A stretch of DNA of 63,318 nucleotides, counting the filler. It is 6 parts of 6 records of this genome, joined end to end, with 100 filler letters (N's around TTAATTAATTAA, not from the genome) between each part and the next. Parts side by side here need not be neighbours in the genome. Positions count along the whole stretch, not along the records: positions 26,509 to 47,366 come from SRR31156797_13891; 5 more parts are not named here. One strand, given 5' to 3'. Shown here piece after piece: positions 31,335 to 40,902 of the stretch (its first letter is position 1; each line of letters starts with the position of its first letter). Position numbers and translations under genes: made by a program. The notes beneath the pieces were generated by a model. That model searched no databases. It was not told where the DNA came from and was given only the letters and a program-made list of their open reading frames with translations.

Positions 31335-33554
31335 GTGAATAGAACAGCGACACTATGGCTTGCCGTGGGATGGATCGGGTTTGCGGTCCTCCCATGGTAC
31401 GCCATAGAAGACGGTTTCTGGAACTTAGAGTGGCTGGAAGCGTATCCCTTCGGCATCGAAGCGGCACCGGCCATATTCCAGATATTCCTTCATGACCGAG
31501 GCTGGCTTCTGCCGCCGATCCTGGCATTCATTGCGCCCATCTTCGTGTTGTGGCGCGGGGCCACCGATCGGCTGTTTGCCGACGTATTGACATACGCTGG
31601 CGGGCTCGGCCTCGGCTATGTCGTGTTACAGGGACTGGCCGTCGGCATCGGCGGCTGGCAGTACGGGTTCCTTGAAAGCCTGTTCGGACCCTTCGACGGC
31701 CAGCAGTTCGGAATGGGCTACGGGGCACTACTGGCCGCCTGCGCCCTGCTGTTTTTTTGCACCCAAAGTTTGGCCGCGCGCGGATACGTCAAGGGCGACG
31801 TGTTCGTCCTCGGGTCCATCGGCATGGTTGCCGCCACGGTGATCGTATTCATCGGCTTCCCGGTCCTTCGGGTACTCATCAGTGCGGTCCAGGACAACGA
31901 CGAAAACTTCGCTCCCTTCATGTTCCTGGACAAATTATTCTCGACCAAAATCTGGGGCCTGGATTGCGTTACATCGAACGTCGGATGCGGGGTGGCGTGG
32001 AATTCCCTGGTTATGGGAATCACGGTGGCCGCCGGCACGACCATCCTGGGTCTGGCCTTCGCACTGATCGCCGTGCGCACGAATTTCCGAGCCAAGAAAC
32101 TGCTCCGGGTTCTGACGGTTCTGCCCATCATCACGCCGCCCTTCGTCATCGGCTTGGCCGTGATCCTGTTATTCGGTCGTTCGGGCGCCGTTTCGGTTTT
32201 CCTGGACACCTATTTCGGCATCGAGGCGTCGCGTTGGATTTACGGTCTGAAAGGTATCTGGCTGGCCCAGATGCTGGCCTTCACGCCGATCTCGTTCCTC
32301 GTTCTGATCGGCGTTGTCGAGGGAATCAGTCCGTCGATGGAGGAAGCGGCGCTGACGCTGCGCGCCGACAACTGGCGCACCTTCACCACCGTTTCCCTGC
32401 CCTTGATGCGGCCCGGACTGGCCAATGCCTTTTTGCTCAGTTTTATCGAAAGCCTGGCCGACTTCGGCAATCCCATGGTGCTGGGCGGAAACTACGACGT
32501 CCTGTCGACCGAGATATTCTTCGCCATCGTCGGCGCCCAGCACGATCAGAGCCAAGCGGCCGTTCTGGCCATTGTGCTGCTGGCGTTCACCTTGTGGGCG
32601 TTCTATGCCCAGCGCTTCTGGCTGGGGCGGAAATCCTACGCCACGGTGACCGGCAAGGGGGACGCCGGGGTTCACATTCCGCTCCCCAAACGCCTGAATT
32701 GGCTGGTTTATTCAAGCGCCATCCCGTGGGCGATTCTGACCGCCGTAATTTACGGCATGATCATGTTTGGCGGTTTTGTCGAGACCTGGGGTTATGACCA
32801 CAGCTTCACCTTCCGCCACTACATCGAATCGTTCTCGGTTGTTCAGGGTCCGCACGGGTTGGTCTGGAGCGGCGCGGCCTGGAACTCCTTCTGGACGACC
32901 TTGCAGGTTTCGGCCATCTCGGCGCCGCTGACGGCGATCATGGGGCTGGTCACGGCTTATCTGCTGGTGCGCCAGCAGTTCGTCGGCAAGGACGCCTTCG
33001 AATTCGGCACCATGCTGAGCTTCGCCATTCCCGGAACGGTCATCGGCATCAGCTATATCCTGGCCTTCAATGTCCCGCCCGTGGAATTGACCGGTACCGG
33101 AGCCATCCTGGTTATCTGCTTTATTTTCCGCAACATGCCGGTCGGTGTGCGGGCCGGCATCGCCGCCATGAGCCAGATCGACGCCAACCTGGATGAAGCG
33201 TCTCTGACGCTGGGCGCCAAGAGCTTCACCACCTTCCGCAAGGTGGTTCTGCCGTTGATGCGTCCGGCGATCATCGCGGCACTGGTGTTCAGCTTCGTGC
33301 GCGCCATGACCGCGATTAGCGCCGTCATCTTCCTGGTCAGCGCCGAATACGACATGGCCACATCGTACATCCTGGGCCGCGTCGAAAACGGTGACTACGG
33401 ACTGGCAATCGCCTATTCGTCGGTCCTTATCTGGGTCATGCTGATCGTTATCCTGGTTATCCAGGTGCTGGTCGGCCAGCGGGTTCTGGGGCGGCGCGAC
33501 GCCCAGCAGTTAAAGCCCGGCGAAAAGTTGAAACTTAAAGAAGGTGTGGCATGA
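31335..33554 (+). CDS. afuB: AfuB/FbpB-type fused double ABC permease
   Basis: 739 aa with many TM segments and two EAA loops (MEEAALTLRA, LDEASLTLGA). Confidence 0.85.
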   Translation: MNRTATLWLAVGWIGFAVLPWYAIEDGFWNLEWLEAYPFGIEAAPAIFQIFLHDRGWLLPPILAFIAPIFVLWRGATDRLFADVLTYAGGLGLGYVVLQGLAVGIGGWQYGFLESLFGPFDGQQFGMGYGALLAACALLFFCTQSLAARGYVKGDVFVLGSIGMVAATVIVFIGFPVLRVLISAVQDNDENFAPFMFLDKLFSTKIWGLDCVTSNVGCGVAWNSLVMGITVAAGTTILGLAFALIAVRTNFRAKKLLRVLTVLPIITPPFVIGLAVILLFGRSGAVSVFLDTYFGIEASRWIYGLKGIWLAQMLAFTPISFLVLIGVVEGISPSMEEAALTLRADNWRTFTTVSLPLMRPGLANAFLLSFIESLADFGNPMVLGGNYDVLSTEIFFAIVGAQHDQSQAAVLAIVLLAFTLWAFYAQRFWLGRKSYATVTGKGDAGVHIPLPKRLNWLVYSSAIPWAILTAVIYGMIMFGGFVETWGYDHSFTFRHYIESFSVVQGPHGLVWSGAAWNSFWTTLQVSAISAPLTAIMGLVTAYLLVRQQFVGKDAFEFGTMLSFAIPGTVIGISYILAFNVPPVELTGTGAILVICFIFRNMPVGVRAGIAAMSQIDANLDEASLTLGAKSFTTFRKVVLPLMRPAIIAALVFSFVRAMTAISAVIFLVSAEYDMATSYILGRVENGDYGLAIAYSSVLIWVMLIVILVIQVLVGQRVLGRRDAQQLKPGEKLKLKEGVA

Positions 33555-34636
33555 AAACGGCAAAAAAAGCCTCGTCCGTCGAGTTCATAGGCGTTACCAA
33601 AGCCTTCGGGCCGGTGGTTGCGGTCGACAACGTGGATTTCGTCATCGAGCCGGGCACCCTGGTCACCTTCTTGGGCCCTTCGGGCTGCGGCAAGACGACC
33701 ACATTGCGCCTCATTGCCGGCCTCGAAATGGCGACCGCGGGCACCATCCTCATCGGCGGCAACGACGTCACCCGTCTGGCGGCGACGGACCGCGATGTTT
33801 CCATGGTGTTTCAATCCTACGCGCTGTTCCCCCATATGACGGTTCTCGAGAACGTTGCCTATGGCCTGAATGTCAGCGGACTTCCCAAATCTGAAGCCAA
33901 TTCCCAGGCCGAGGAAGGGTTGGCGCTGGTCGGCCTGGCCGGTTATGGATCGCGGCTGCCCAGCGAACTGTCGGGTGGGCAACAGCAGCGCGTCGCTGTC
34001 GCCCGCGCTTTGGTGCTGGAACCCGAGGTTCTTTTGTTCGACGAGCCGCTGTCCAACCTGGATGCCAAGTTGCGCCGCCATGTGCGCGAGGAAATCCGCG
34101 AACTACAACAGAAATTGGAACTGACGAGCGTCTACGTCACCCACGACCAGGAAGAAGCCCTGGCCGTTTCCGACAAGATCATTGTCATGAAGAACGCCAT
34201 CATCGCCCAGGAAGGCACGCCCCATCAGCTCTATGAAGAACCGATCGACACCTTCGTTGCCGATTTCATCGGCGATTCCAATATGGTCAAGGCCGAGATC
34301 GTTTCCCTCAATGGTGATTCCGCCGAGGTTCTGATCGGAAGCGTCAAGATGACGTTACCGTCACGCGGCATGGCGAAGGGCGAGGTCAATGTCGCCATCC
34401 GTCCCGAAGCGTGCCACCTGTCCGCCGATCCCGAAGCGGAGGGGAACGAGGGCAGCGTGCTGAAAGCCGTTTATCTGGGCACCCACATTGAGTACACGGT
34501 GGAAACCCAGATCGGCGAGCTGTTCATCATCGACCATACGGTCGACGACCCGTTCACACCCGGAACGTCGGTTCGTGTGCCTCTGACCAGACGTGGCGTC
34601 AGTCTGATTAATCGAACCGAAGGCGACCTGGTTTAA
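33551..34636 (+). CDS. afuC: ABC ATP-binding protein (AfuC/PotA-like, TOBE domain)
   Basis: GPSGCGKTT, LSGGQQQRVA, LLFDEPLSNLD. Confidence 0.88.
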   Translation: MKTAKKASSVEFIGVTKAFGPVVAVDNVDFVIEPGTLVTFLGPSGCGKTTTLRLIAGLEMATAGTILIGGNDVTRLAATDRDVSMVFQSYALFPHMTVLENVAYGLNVSGLPKSEANSQAEEGLALVGLAGYGSRLPSELSGGQQQRVAVARALVLEPEVLLFDEPLSNLDAKLRRHVREEIRELQQKLELTSVYVTHDQEEALAVSDKIIVMKNAIIAQEGTPHQLYEEPIDTFVADFIGDSNMVKAEIVSLNGDSAEVLIGSVKMTLPSRGMAKGEVNVAIRPEACHLSADPEAEGNEGSVLKAVYLGTHIEYTVETQIGELFIIDHTVDDPFTPGTSVRVPLTRRGVSLINRTEGDLV

Positions 34637-35619
34637 ACCTTCACCGGCAGCCCGGTTTTTGCCGATTCGGTGGCGGCGTCGGCAAGCAGCAGGGATTTCA
34701 AGCCATCCTCGCCGCCGGCCAGCGGCTGCGTGCCGCTTCCCAGGCAATCGACGAAATGATCGAGCTCGATCCGGTAGGCGTCCATATAGCGTTCGAGGAA
34801 GAAATGCATCGGCTTGTCGGTGGTGACGCCCTCGCCGTTTGAAATCTCGACGGTGGTGTCGGTCATGTTGCCGGCCCGCAGCATGCCTTTCGATCCGAAC
34901 ACCTCGATGCGCTGGTCGTAGCCGTACGAGGCGCGGCGGCTGTTGGTGATGTGGCAGAAGGCGCCGCCGGCGGTTTTCAGCGTCACGGCGGCCGTGTCGA
35001 CATCGCCCAGTTCACCGATTTCGGAATCGACCAGGCAACTGCCGACGGCGTAGACCTCGACCGGTTCCTCGCCCAAAAGCCAGCGCGCCATGTCGAAATC
35101 GTGGATCATCATGTCGCGGAAAAGGCCGCCCGATACCTTGATGTATTCCGCCGGCGGCGGGCCGGGGTCGCGGCTGGTCAGGATGACCTGTTCGACCTTG
35201 CCGATGCGCCCCTCGGCAATTGCCGCATGCAGGGCGGCAAAATTGGGATCGAAGCGCCGGTTGAAGGCGACCAGAAGGGTGGTCTTCGTTGCCGCCACCG
35301 TTTTCAGGGCGGCGCGCACGCGATCCGAGCTCAGATCGACCGGCTTTTCGCAGAAAACGGCTTTGCCGGCCTGGCAGGCCGCTTCCAGCAGCGGTGCGTG
35401 CGTATCGGTCGACGACGCGATGATCACGGCGTCGACGTCGTCATCGGCAAGCGCCGTTTCCGTATCGCAAACCTCGGCCCCATGCTGTTGGGCCAGAGCG
35501 GCGGCGGCGGCGGTATCGACATCGACGACATAACGCAACTTCGCGCGCGGATTCAGGGCGACATTGGCGGCATGGATCTTGCCGATGCGTCCCGCACCAA
35601 ACTGACAGAATGTGATCAT
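34633..35619 (-). CDS. iolG: myo-Inositol 2-dehydrogenase
   Basis: GAGRIGKIHA, FCEKP, FNRRFDP, SGGLFRDMMIHDFD, YGYDQRIEV. Confidence 0.93.
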   Translation of the reverse strand: MITFCQFGAGRIGKIHAANVALNPRAKLRYVVDVDTAAAAALAQQHGAEVCDTETALADDDVDAVIIASSTDTHAPLLEAACQAGKAVFCEKPVDLSSDRVRAALKTVAATKTTLLVAFNRRFDPNFAALHAAIAEGRIGKVEQVILTSRDPGPPPAEYIKVSGGLFRDMMIHDFDMARWLLGEEPVEVYAVGSCLVDSEIGELGDVDTAAVTLKTAGGAFCHITNSRRASYGYDQRIEVFGSKGMLRAGNMTDTTVEISNGEGVTTDKPMHFFLERYMDAYRIELDHFVDCLGSGTQPLAGGEDGLKSLLLADAATESAKTGLPVKV

Positions 35620-35680
35620 TTTTTTGCCTATTCGGCTTTCCGGCCGAACCTCCCTTGAACTCTTTCCTGTTGCCTAGATT

Positions 35681-35724
35681 AAAACAAATATTCTATCTTT
35701 GTCATCAATTGAAAAATTGTTTTC
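35681..35724. promoter_or_regulatory. Pair of IolR-like operators between iolG and iolD
   Basis: AAAA-N6-TTCT (35681) and GAAA-N6-TTTC (35711) in an AT-rich island. Confidence 0.45.
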
Positions 35725-35759
35725 ATGAACAAGGATGGGGCGGCAAGGAGGAGTCTTTC

Positions 35760-37610
35760 ATGAAGACCGTTCGTTTGACCATGGCCCAGGCCCTGGTCCG
35801 TTACCTGACAGCCCAGTGGACCGAGATCGACGGCGACGAAGTGCCGCTGTTCGCCGGTGTTTTCGCCATCTTCGGGCACGGCAATGTCGCCGGTTTGGGC
35901 GAGGCCCTTTTTGCGGCGCGCGACGCGCTTCCGACCTATCGCGGCCACAACGAACAGGCGATGGCGCACACCGCCATCGCCTACGGCAAGGCGATGAACC
36001 GGCAGCGCTTCATGGCCTGCACCACATCGATCGGACCGGGCGCCACCAACATGGTGACGGCGGCCGCCGTCGCCCACGTCAACCGCCTTCCCGTCCTGCT
36101 TCTGCCGGGCGATGTTTTCTCCGCCCGCCGGCCCGATCCGGTGTTGCAGCAGGTCGAGGACTTCGGCGATGCGACGATGTCGGCGAACGACTGTTTCCGC
36201 CCGGTATCGCGCTATTGGGACCGCGTCACCCGGCCCGAACAGATCCTGACCAGCCTGCCGGCCGCCATCGAAACCTTGGTCGATCCGGCGACCTGTGGGC
36301 CGGTGACCCTGGCCCTGCCGCAGGACGTGCAGACCATGGCCTTCGACTATCCGGAAAGCTTCTTCCAGCGGCGGTTGCGCAAAGCCCGCCGGATCGGCCC
36401 CGACGAGGGCGAACTGGCACGCGCCGCCGAGTTGCTGAAAACGGCAAGCAAACCGCTGATCGTCGCCGGCGGCGGGGTGCACTATTCCCTCGCCTGCGAC
36501 GACCTGGCCCGCTTTGCCGAACGCCACGGCATTCCGGTTTGCGAAACCCAGGCCGGCAAGGGCGCGTTGCCCTGGAACCATCCGAACCAGGTCGGCGCCA
36601 TCGGCGTCACCGGCACCAGCGCCGCCAACACCCTGGCCGCCGAGGCCGACGTGGTGCTGGCGGTGGGAACCCGGCTGAGCGATTTCACGACGGCGTCGCA
36701 CTCGCTGTTCAAGGCCGAGGACTGGACGTTGATCCAGCTCAATGTGCAGCCGTTCGATTCGATCAAGCACGGCGCCACCGGCTTGGTCGCCGATGCCAAA
36801 CGCGGCATTGCCGAATTGGAAAGCGCGATCGGCGACTGGCGGGCACCGTCGGTCTGGACCGGCCGCATTCACGATCTCGCGGCCGATTGGAACGCCGCCG
36901 TCGAGGCCGTCACCAAGCCGACCAACGTGCCGCTGCCGTCGGATGCCCAGGTGCTGGGCGCCGCCAACCGGGCGATCGAACGCCGCGATGTCGTCGTCTG
37001 TGCCGCCGGCGGACTGCCGGGCGAATTGCACAAGCTTTGGCAAACGCCGGAAGCGGGCGGCTATCATCTGGAGTACGGCTACAGCTGCATGGGCTATGAA
37101 ATCGCCGGCGGGCTCGGCGTCAAGATCGCCGATCCGACCCGCGAAGTCTTCGTGCTGGTCGGCGACGGCAGCTATCTGATGATGAATTCGGAAATCGCCA
37201 CGTCGGTGATGATGGGCCGCAAGCTGATCATCGTCGTTCTGAACAACCGCGGCTTCGGATGCATCAACCGGCTCCAACACCATGTCGGCGGAACCGGCTT
37301 CAACAACCTGCTTGAAGACGCCCGCGTCGACGGCGAGATCCCCGACATCGATTTCGCCGCCCACGCCGCCAGCCTCGGCGCCCTGTCGGAAAAGGCCGCC
37401 AGCATCGCCGATCTGGAAGCGGCGCTCGGGCGCGCCAAAAAGGCGGACCGCACAACCGTCATTTCCATCGACACCGATCCCCTTGTCAGTACCGCCGACG
37501 GCGGCGCCTGGTGGGATGTGGCGGTGCCGGAAGTGTCGGCCCGGGCCGAAGTGAACAAAGCCCGCGAAGGCTATGTCGCGGCCACCAAGACTCAGCGAAC
37601 GGGAGAATGA
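35760..37610 (+). CDS. iolD: THcHDO hydrolase (TPP-dependent)
   Basis: MKTVRLTMAQAL, AIFGHGNVAG, EYGYSCMGYE, VGDGSYLMMNSE. Confidence 0.96.
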   Translation: MKTVRLTMAQALVRYLTAQWTEIDGDEVPLFAGVFAIFGHGNVAGLGEALFAARDALPTYRGHNEQAMAHTAIAYGKAMNRQRFMACTTSIGPGATNMVTAAAVAHVNRLPVLLLPGDVFSARRPDPVLQQVEDFGDATMSANDCFRPVSRYWDRVTRPEQILTSLPAAIETLVDPATCGPVTLALPQDVQTMAFDYPESFFQRRLRKARRIGPDEGELARAAELLKTASKPLIVAGGGVHYSLACDDLARFAERHGIPVCETQAGKGALPWNHPNQVGAIGVTGTSAANTLAAEADVVLAVGTRLSDFTTASHSLFKAEDWTLIQLNVQPFDSIKHGATGLVADAKRGIAELESAIGDWRAPSVWTGRIHDLAADWNAAVEAVTKPTNVPLPSDAQVLGAANRAIERRDVVVCAAGGLPGELHKLWQTPEAGGYHLEYGYSCMGYEIAGGLGVKIADPTREVFVLVGDGSYLMMNSEIATSVMMGRKLIIVVLNNRGFGCINRLQHHVGGTGFNNLLEDARVDGEIPDIDFAAHAASLGALSEKAASIADLEAALGRAKKADRTTVISIDTDPLVSTADGGAWWDVAVPEVSARAEVNKAREGYVAATKTQRTGE

Positions 37611-37611
37611 C

Positions 37612-38505
37612 ATGTCCATCCAAATCGGGATCAATCCGATTACCTGGAGCAACGACGACCTGATCGAAATGGGCGGCGATATCCCGCTCGAGGTCTGTCT
37701 TTCGGAAACCGCCGCAGCCGGCTACGCCGGAATCGAACTCGGCAACAAATTCCCGCGCATTTCGTCGGAACTGCGGCCGATCATGCAGTCGCACGGGCTG
37801 TCGCTGATTTCCGGTTGGTACAGCGGCGAACTGCTGCGGCGCTCGGTGGCCGAGGAAAAAGTGGCCATCGAAGACCATCTGACCCTTCTCGCCGACATGG
37901 GTTGCTCGGTGATGGTCTTCGCCGAGGTGACCGGCTGCATTCACGGCGACCAGACGGCCCCCCTGTCGAAACGGCCGGTGATCGACGACGGCGATTGGGC
38001 CGAATTTGGCAATCGGTTGACCGAAATCGCCAAATACATCGCCGATCGCGGCGTTCGCATGGCCTTTCACCATCACATGGGAACCGCCGTGCAATCCGAA
38101 GCCGATGTCGACCGGCTGATGGAAGTCACCGGCGACGAGGTCGGACTGCTGCTCGATACCGGACACCTGATCTATGCCGGGGGCGATCCCGTCGCCGTCG
38201 CCGAACGCTATACGCCGCGCATCAACCATGTGCATTGCAAGGACATGCGCGCCGACGTTCTGAAGCGTGCACTCGATACCGACTCGAGCTTCCTCGGCGC
38301 CGTTATCGACGGTGCCTTCACGGTGCCGGGCGACGGCTTCATCGATTATCCGGCCGTATTCGCACCCTTGCAAAAAGTCGGCTATTCCGGGTGGCTGGTC
38401 GTCGAGGCCGAGCAGGACCCGGTCAAGGCCCATCCCCTGACCTACGCGCGCATGGGTTTCGACTATTTGAAAAGAACGGCGACCGAAGCCGGCCTGTTGG
38501 TCTAG
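37612..38505 (+). CDS. iolE: myo-Inosose-2 dehydratase
   Basis: GINPITWSNDD, FHHHMGT, LLDTGH, HVHCKD, VVEAEQDP. Confidence 0.96.
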   Translation: MSIQIGINPITWSNDDLIEMGGDIPLEVCLSETAAAGYAGIELGNKFPRISSELRPIMQSHGLSLISGWYSGELLRRSVAEEKVAIEDHLTLLADMGCSVMVFAEVTGCIHGDQTAPLSKRPVIDDGDWAEFGNRLTEIAKYIADRGVRMAFHHHMGTAVQSEADVDRLMEVTGDEVGLLLDTGHLIYAGGDPVAVAERYTPRINHVHCKDMRADVLKRALDTDSSFLGAVIDGAFTVPGDGFIDYPAVFAPLQKVGYSGWLVVEAEQDPVKAHPLTYARMGFDYLKRTATEAGLLV

Positions 38506-38607
38506 CCGCCGGCTGGAGCGGCTTGCTCCAAAGACCGAAGATTTCTTTGCCTCAATCCAAGGCGGGCCCGATTGCGGCCCGCCTTTTCTTTTGCGTGATG
38601 TTCTCTG

Positions 38608-39567
38608 TTAGTCGACGACACGGCCCAGGCGCACCGCCGTCTGGCCCGGCATCAGCCGGCGCGACGGCATGACCATGACGCAATTGTCGTACGGCGTGCG
38701 GATTTCCGCTTCGCCGTCCCAGGCGATCAGGGTGCCGGCCTTTTCGACGACTTCGAGCCCAAGATAGGGCTCGGCGAACCGGAAATTGTCGGTTTCGATG
38801 GTGACGGGGCCTGAAACGTCGATAACCGTCTGTTCCGCCAACGGTTCGGCCGAAAGGTGGGCGGCGGCGAAAGCCGGATCGATGGTTTCGAAATGCAGCA
38901 GGAAACGCAGAGTCGCTTCGCGCGCCACATCGACGCTTTTTTTCTCCCAGTGCTGCCCGCATTCGATCAGAAGAGCATTCTTCGGGCTGCTTTCGTCGGC
39001 GAAGGCATCATAATCGCGCAGGCGTTTTCCGGCGGCATGGCCCTGGTCGCACATGACATGGGCCGGATACCCGAGTTCGCGGGCCAGCGCCCGCGCCTTC
39101 AGGGACGAGCCGGCCAGCATCAGCGGCGCCGTCGGGTGCTGCATGGAATGCAGATCGAGCAGGAAATCGACGTCATCGATAATCGGCCGGATTTCGCGGG
39201 CACGGCGCAATTCAACGCTGTCGCGCGGGCCGTCGAGCACGTCCGTCGCCCAGACCCGGTTGAAATCCTCGTCGACCCAGCGCGACGTATCCGGCTTGTC
39301 GGCATTGAAGTTCTCAAATGCGGCGACGTTCAGAAATCCGAGAGTGAGCTTTCCCTTGACCGGCCGGACGCCGTTTTTGAACAGGAAATCCAGCGTCACC
39401 GGGCCGCATATCTCGTTTCCGTGCACGATTGCCGAGATCATGACATGCGGGCCGGGCCGGCCGCTGTCGAATGTGGTGATATAATCGATGCCGGTGTTTC
39501 CCGCCCTGTAGGCGGAAATATCGGGCGCTTCGATTTCGACCGGATACGGGTTTTCAGACTTCGTCAC
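38608..39567 (-). CDS. Succinylglutamate desuccinylase/aspartoacylase (M14-like) protein
   Basis: VHGNEICG, DFNRVW, LLDLHSM, IECGQHW; GTG start inferred. Confidence 0.85.
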   Translation of the reverse strand: MTKSENPYPVEIEAPDISAYRAGNTGIDYITTFDSGRPGPHVMISAIVHGNEICGPVTLDFLFKNGVRPVKGKLTLGFLNVAAFENFNADKPDTSRWVDEDFNRVWATDVLDGPRDSVELRRAREIRPIIDDVDFLLDLHSMQHPTAPLMLAGSSLKARALARELGYPAHVMCDQGHAAGKRLRDYDAFADESSPKNALLIECGQHWEKKSVDVAREATLRFLLHFETIDPAFAAAHLSAEPLAEQTVIDVSGPVTIETDNFRFAEPYLGLEVVEKAGTLIAWDGEAEIRTPYDNCVMVMPSRRLMPGQTAVRLGRVVD

Positions 39568-39610
39568 GATGACGCCCCCTTCCTTTTTTTTCCAACGGCC
39601 TGACGGCCGC

Positions 39611-40801
39611 TCAAAGATGCAACGGACCGGCGCAGGCGGTATCGATGAGCCGGCGCATGAACGATTCGCAGGCAGCGATCTGGTCCAGTTCGATGAATTC
39701 ATCGGGCTTGTGGGCCTGGTCGATGGATCCCGGCCCACAAACGATGGCGGGAATGCCGCCCATCTTGACGAACAGGCCGGCTTCGGTTCCGAACGCGACC
39801 TTGCCGCGCCGATCGGTTTGCGCCCATTCGCCGACGAGGCCGGCAATGGCCGAACCCTCGGGCAGGTCGAACCCCGGCGTATCCGAGATATCCTGCCACA
39901 GGAATCCGGCATCCGGATCGACGGCCTGCATCATCGGTTCCAGGGCATCGGCGGCGTACGACATGATTTTGTCGAAGATGGCATCGGGATCTTCGCTCGA
40001 CAGATAGCGCATCTCGATTCCGAAGGAACAGTCGCGGGCAATGATGTTAAGCGCCGTGCCGCCTTCGATCAGGCCGATATTGCCGGTCGCGAACGGAATA
40101 TCGTAGCCGGCGTCGTGCGCCCCGTCGGTTTCGAAAGCGCGGATGACCGATTTGATGAAGGCGATCAGTTCGGCCGCGTATTCGATGGCGTTGACGCCGA
40201 GCGGCGCCTGCGACGAATGCCCCTCGTGGCCGTGAACGTGGCACCGTTTGCGCATGTTGCCCTTGTGCCCGGTCACCACTGCCATCGACGTCGGTTCGCC
40301 GACGATGCTCAAAGCCGGCTTTACCGGCTGTTGGTTCAGCCATTCGATCAACCCGCGGACGCCGACGCAGCCGACTTCCTCGTCGTAGGAAAGCGCCAGA
40401 TGGATGGGAAACTGCAGATCGGCGGCCAGGAACGCCGGCACATGGGCCAGCGCAATCCCGTCGAACCCTTTCATGTCGGTCGTGCCGCGGCCGTACAGGC
40501 GGCCATCGCGCTGCACCGCCGTAAAAGGATCGCCGGTCCATTCCTCGCCGTCGGCAGGAACCACGTCGGTATGGCCCGACAGGATTACGCCCGGCCGATC
40601 GGCCGGTCCGATGGTGGCGAACAGATTGGCCTTTTGGCCGTCGGGGCTGGGAATCACCTGCGGCGAAACGCCGTGGCTTTCAAGATAGCGGCGGACGAAA
40701 TCGACCAGTTCCAGGTTCGAATTTCGGCTGACGGTATTGAAGGCAACCAGATCGCGGATCATGTCGAGGCTGATCGGGTCGGCCGGTCGGTCGGATGTCA
40801 T
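39611..40801 (-). CDS. argE: Acetylornithine deacetylase-like M20 peptidase
   Basis: LSGHTDVVP, GRGTTDMKG, YDEEVGC, VGEPT, FGTEAG, QAHKPDE. Confidence 0.88.
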   Translation of the reverse strand: MTSDRPADPISLDMIRDLVAFNTVSRNSNLELVDFVRRYLESHGVSPQVIPSPDGQKANLFATIGPADRPGVILSGHTDVVPADGEEWTGDPFTAVQRDGRLYGRGTTDMKGFDGIALAHVPAFLAADLQFPIHLALSYDEEVGCVGVRGLIEWLNQQPVKPALSIVGEPTSMAVVTGHKGNMRKRCHVHGHEGHSSQAPLGVNAIEYAAELIAFIKSVIRAFETDGAHDAGYDIPFATGNIGLIEGGTALNIIARDCSFGIEMRYLSSEDPDAIFDKIMSYAADALEPMMQAVDPDAGFLWQDISDTPGFDLPEGSAIAGLVGEWAQTDRRGKVAFGTEAGLFVKMGGIPAIVCGPGSIDQAHKPDEFIELDQIAACESFMRRLIDTACAGPLHL

Positions 40802-40902
40802 TATGGAACCTTTATTGTTGCTTTTGTCCTTGATCGGAGCGGGCCGACTATAGCCGCCGGTAGGCTCCATCCTCAAGCTTTGCGGCGACGGGATTCTGGT
40901 TT

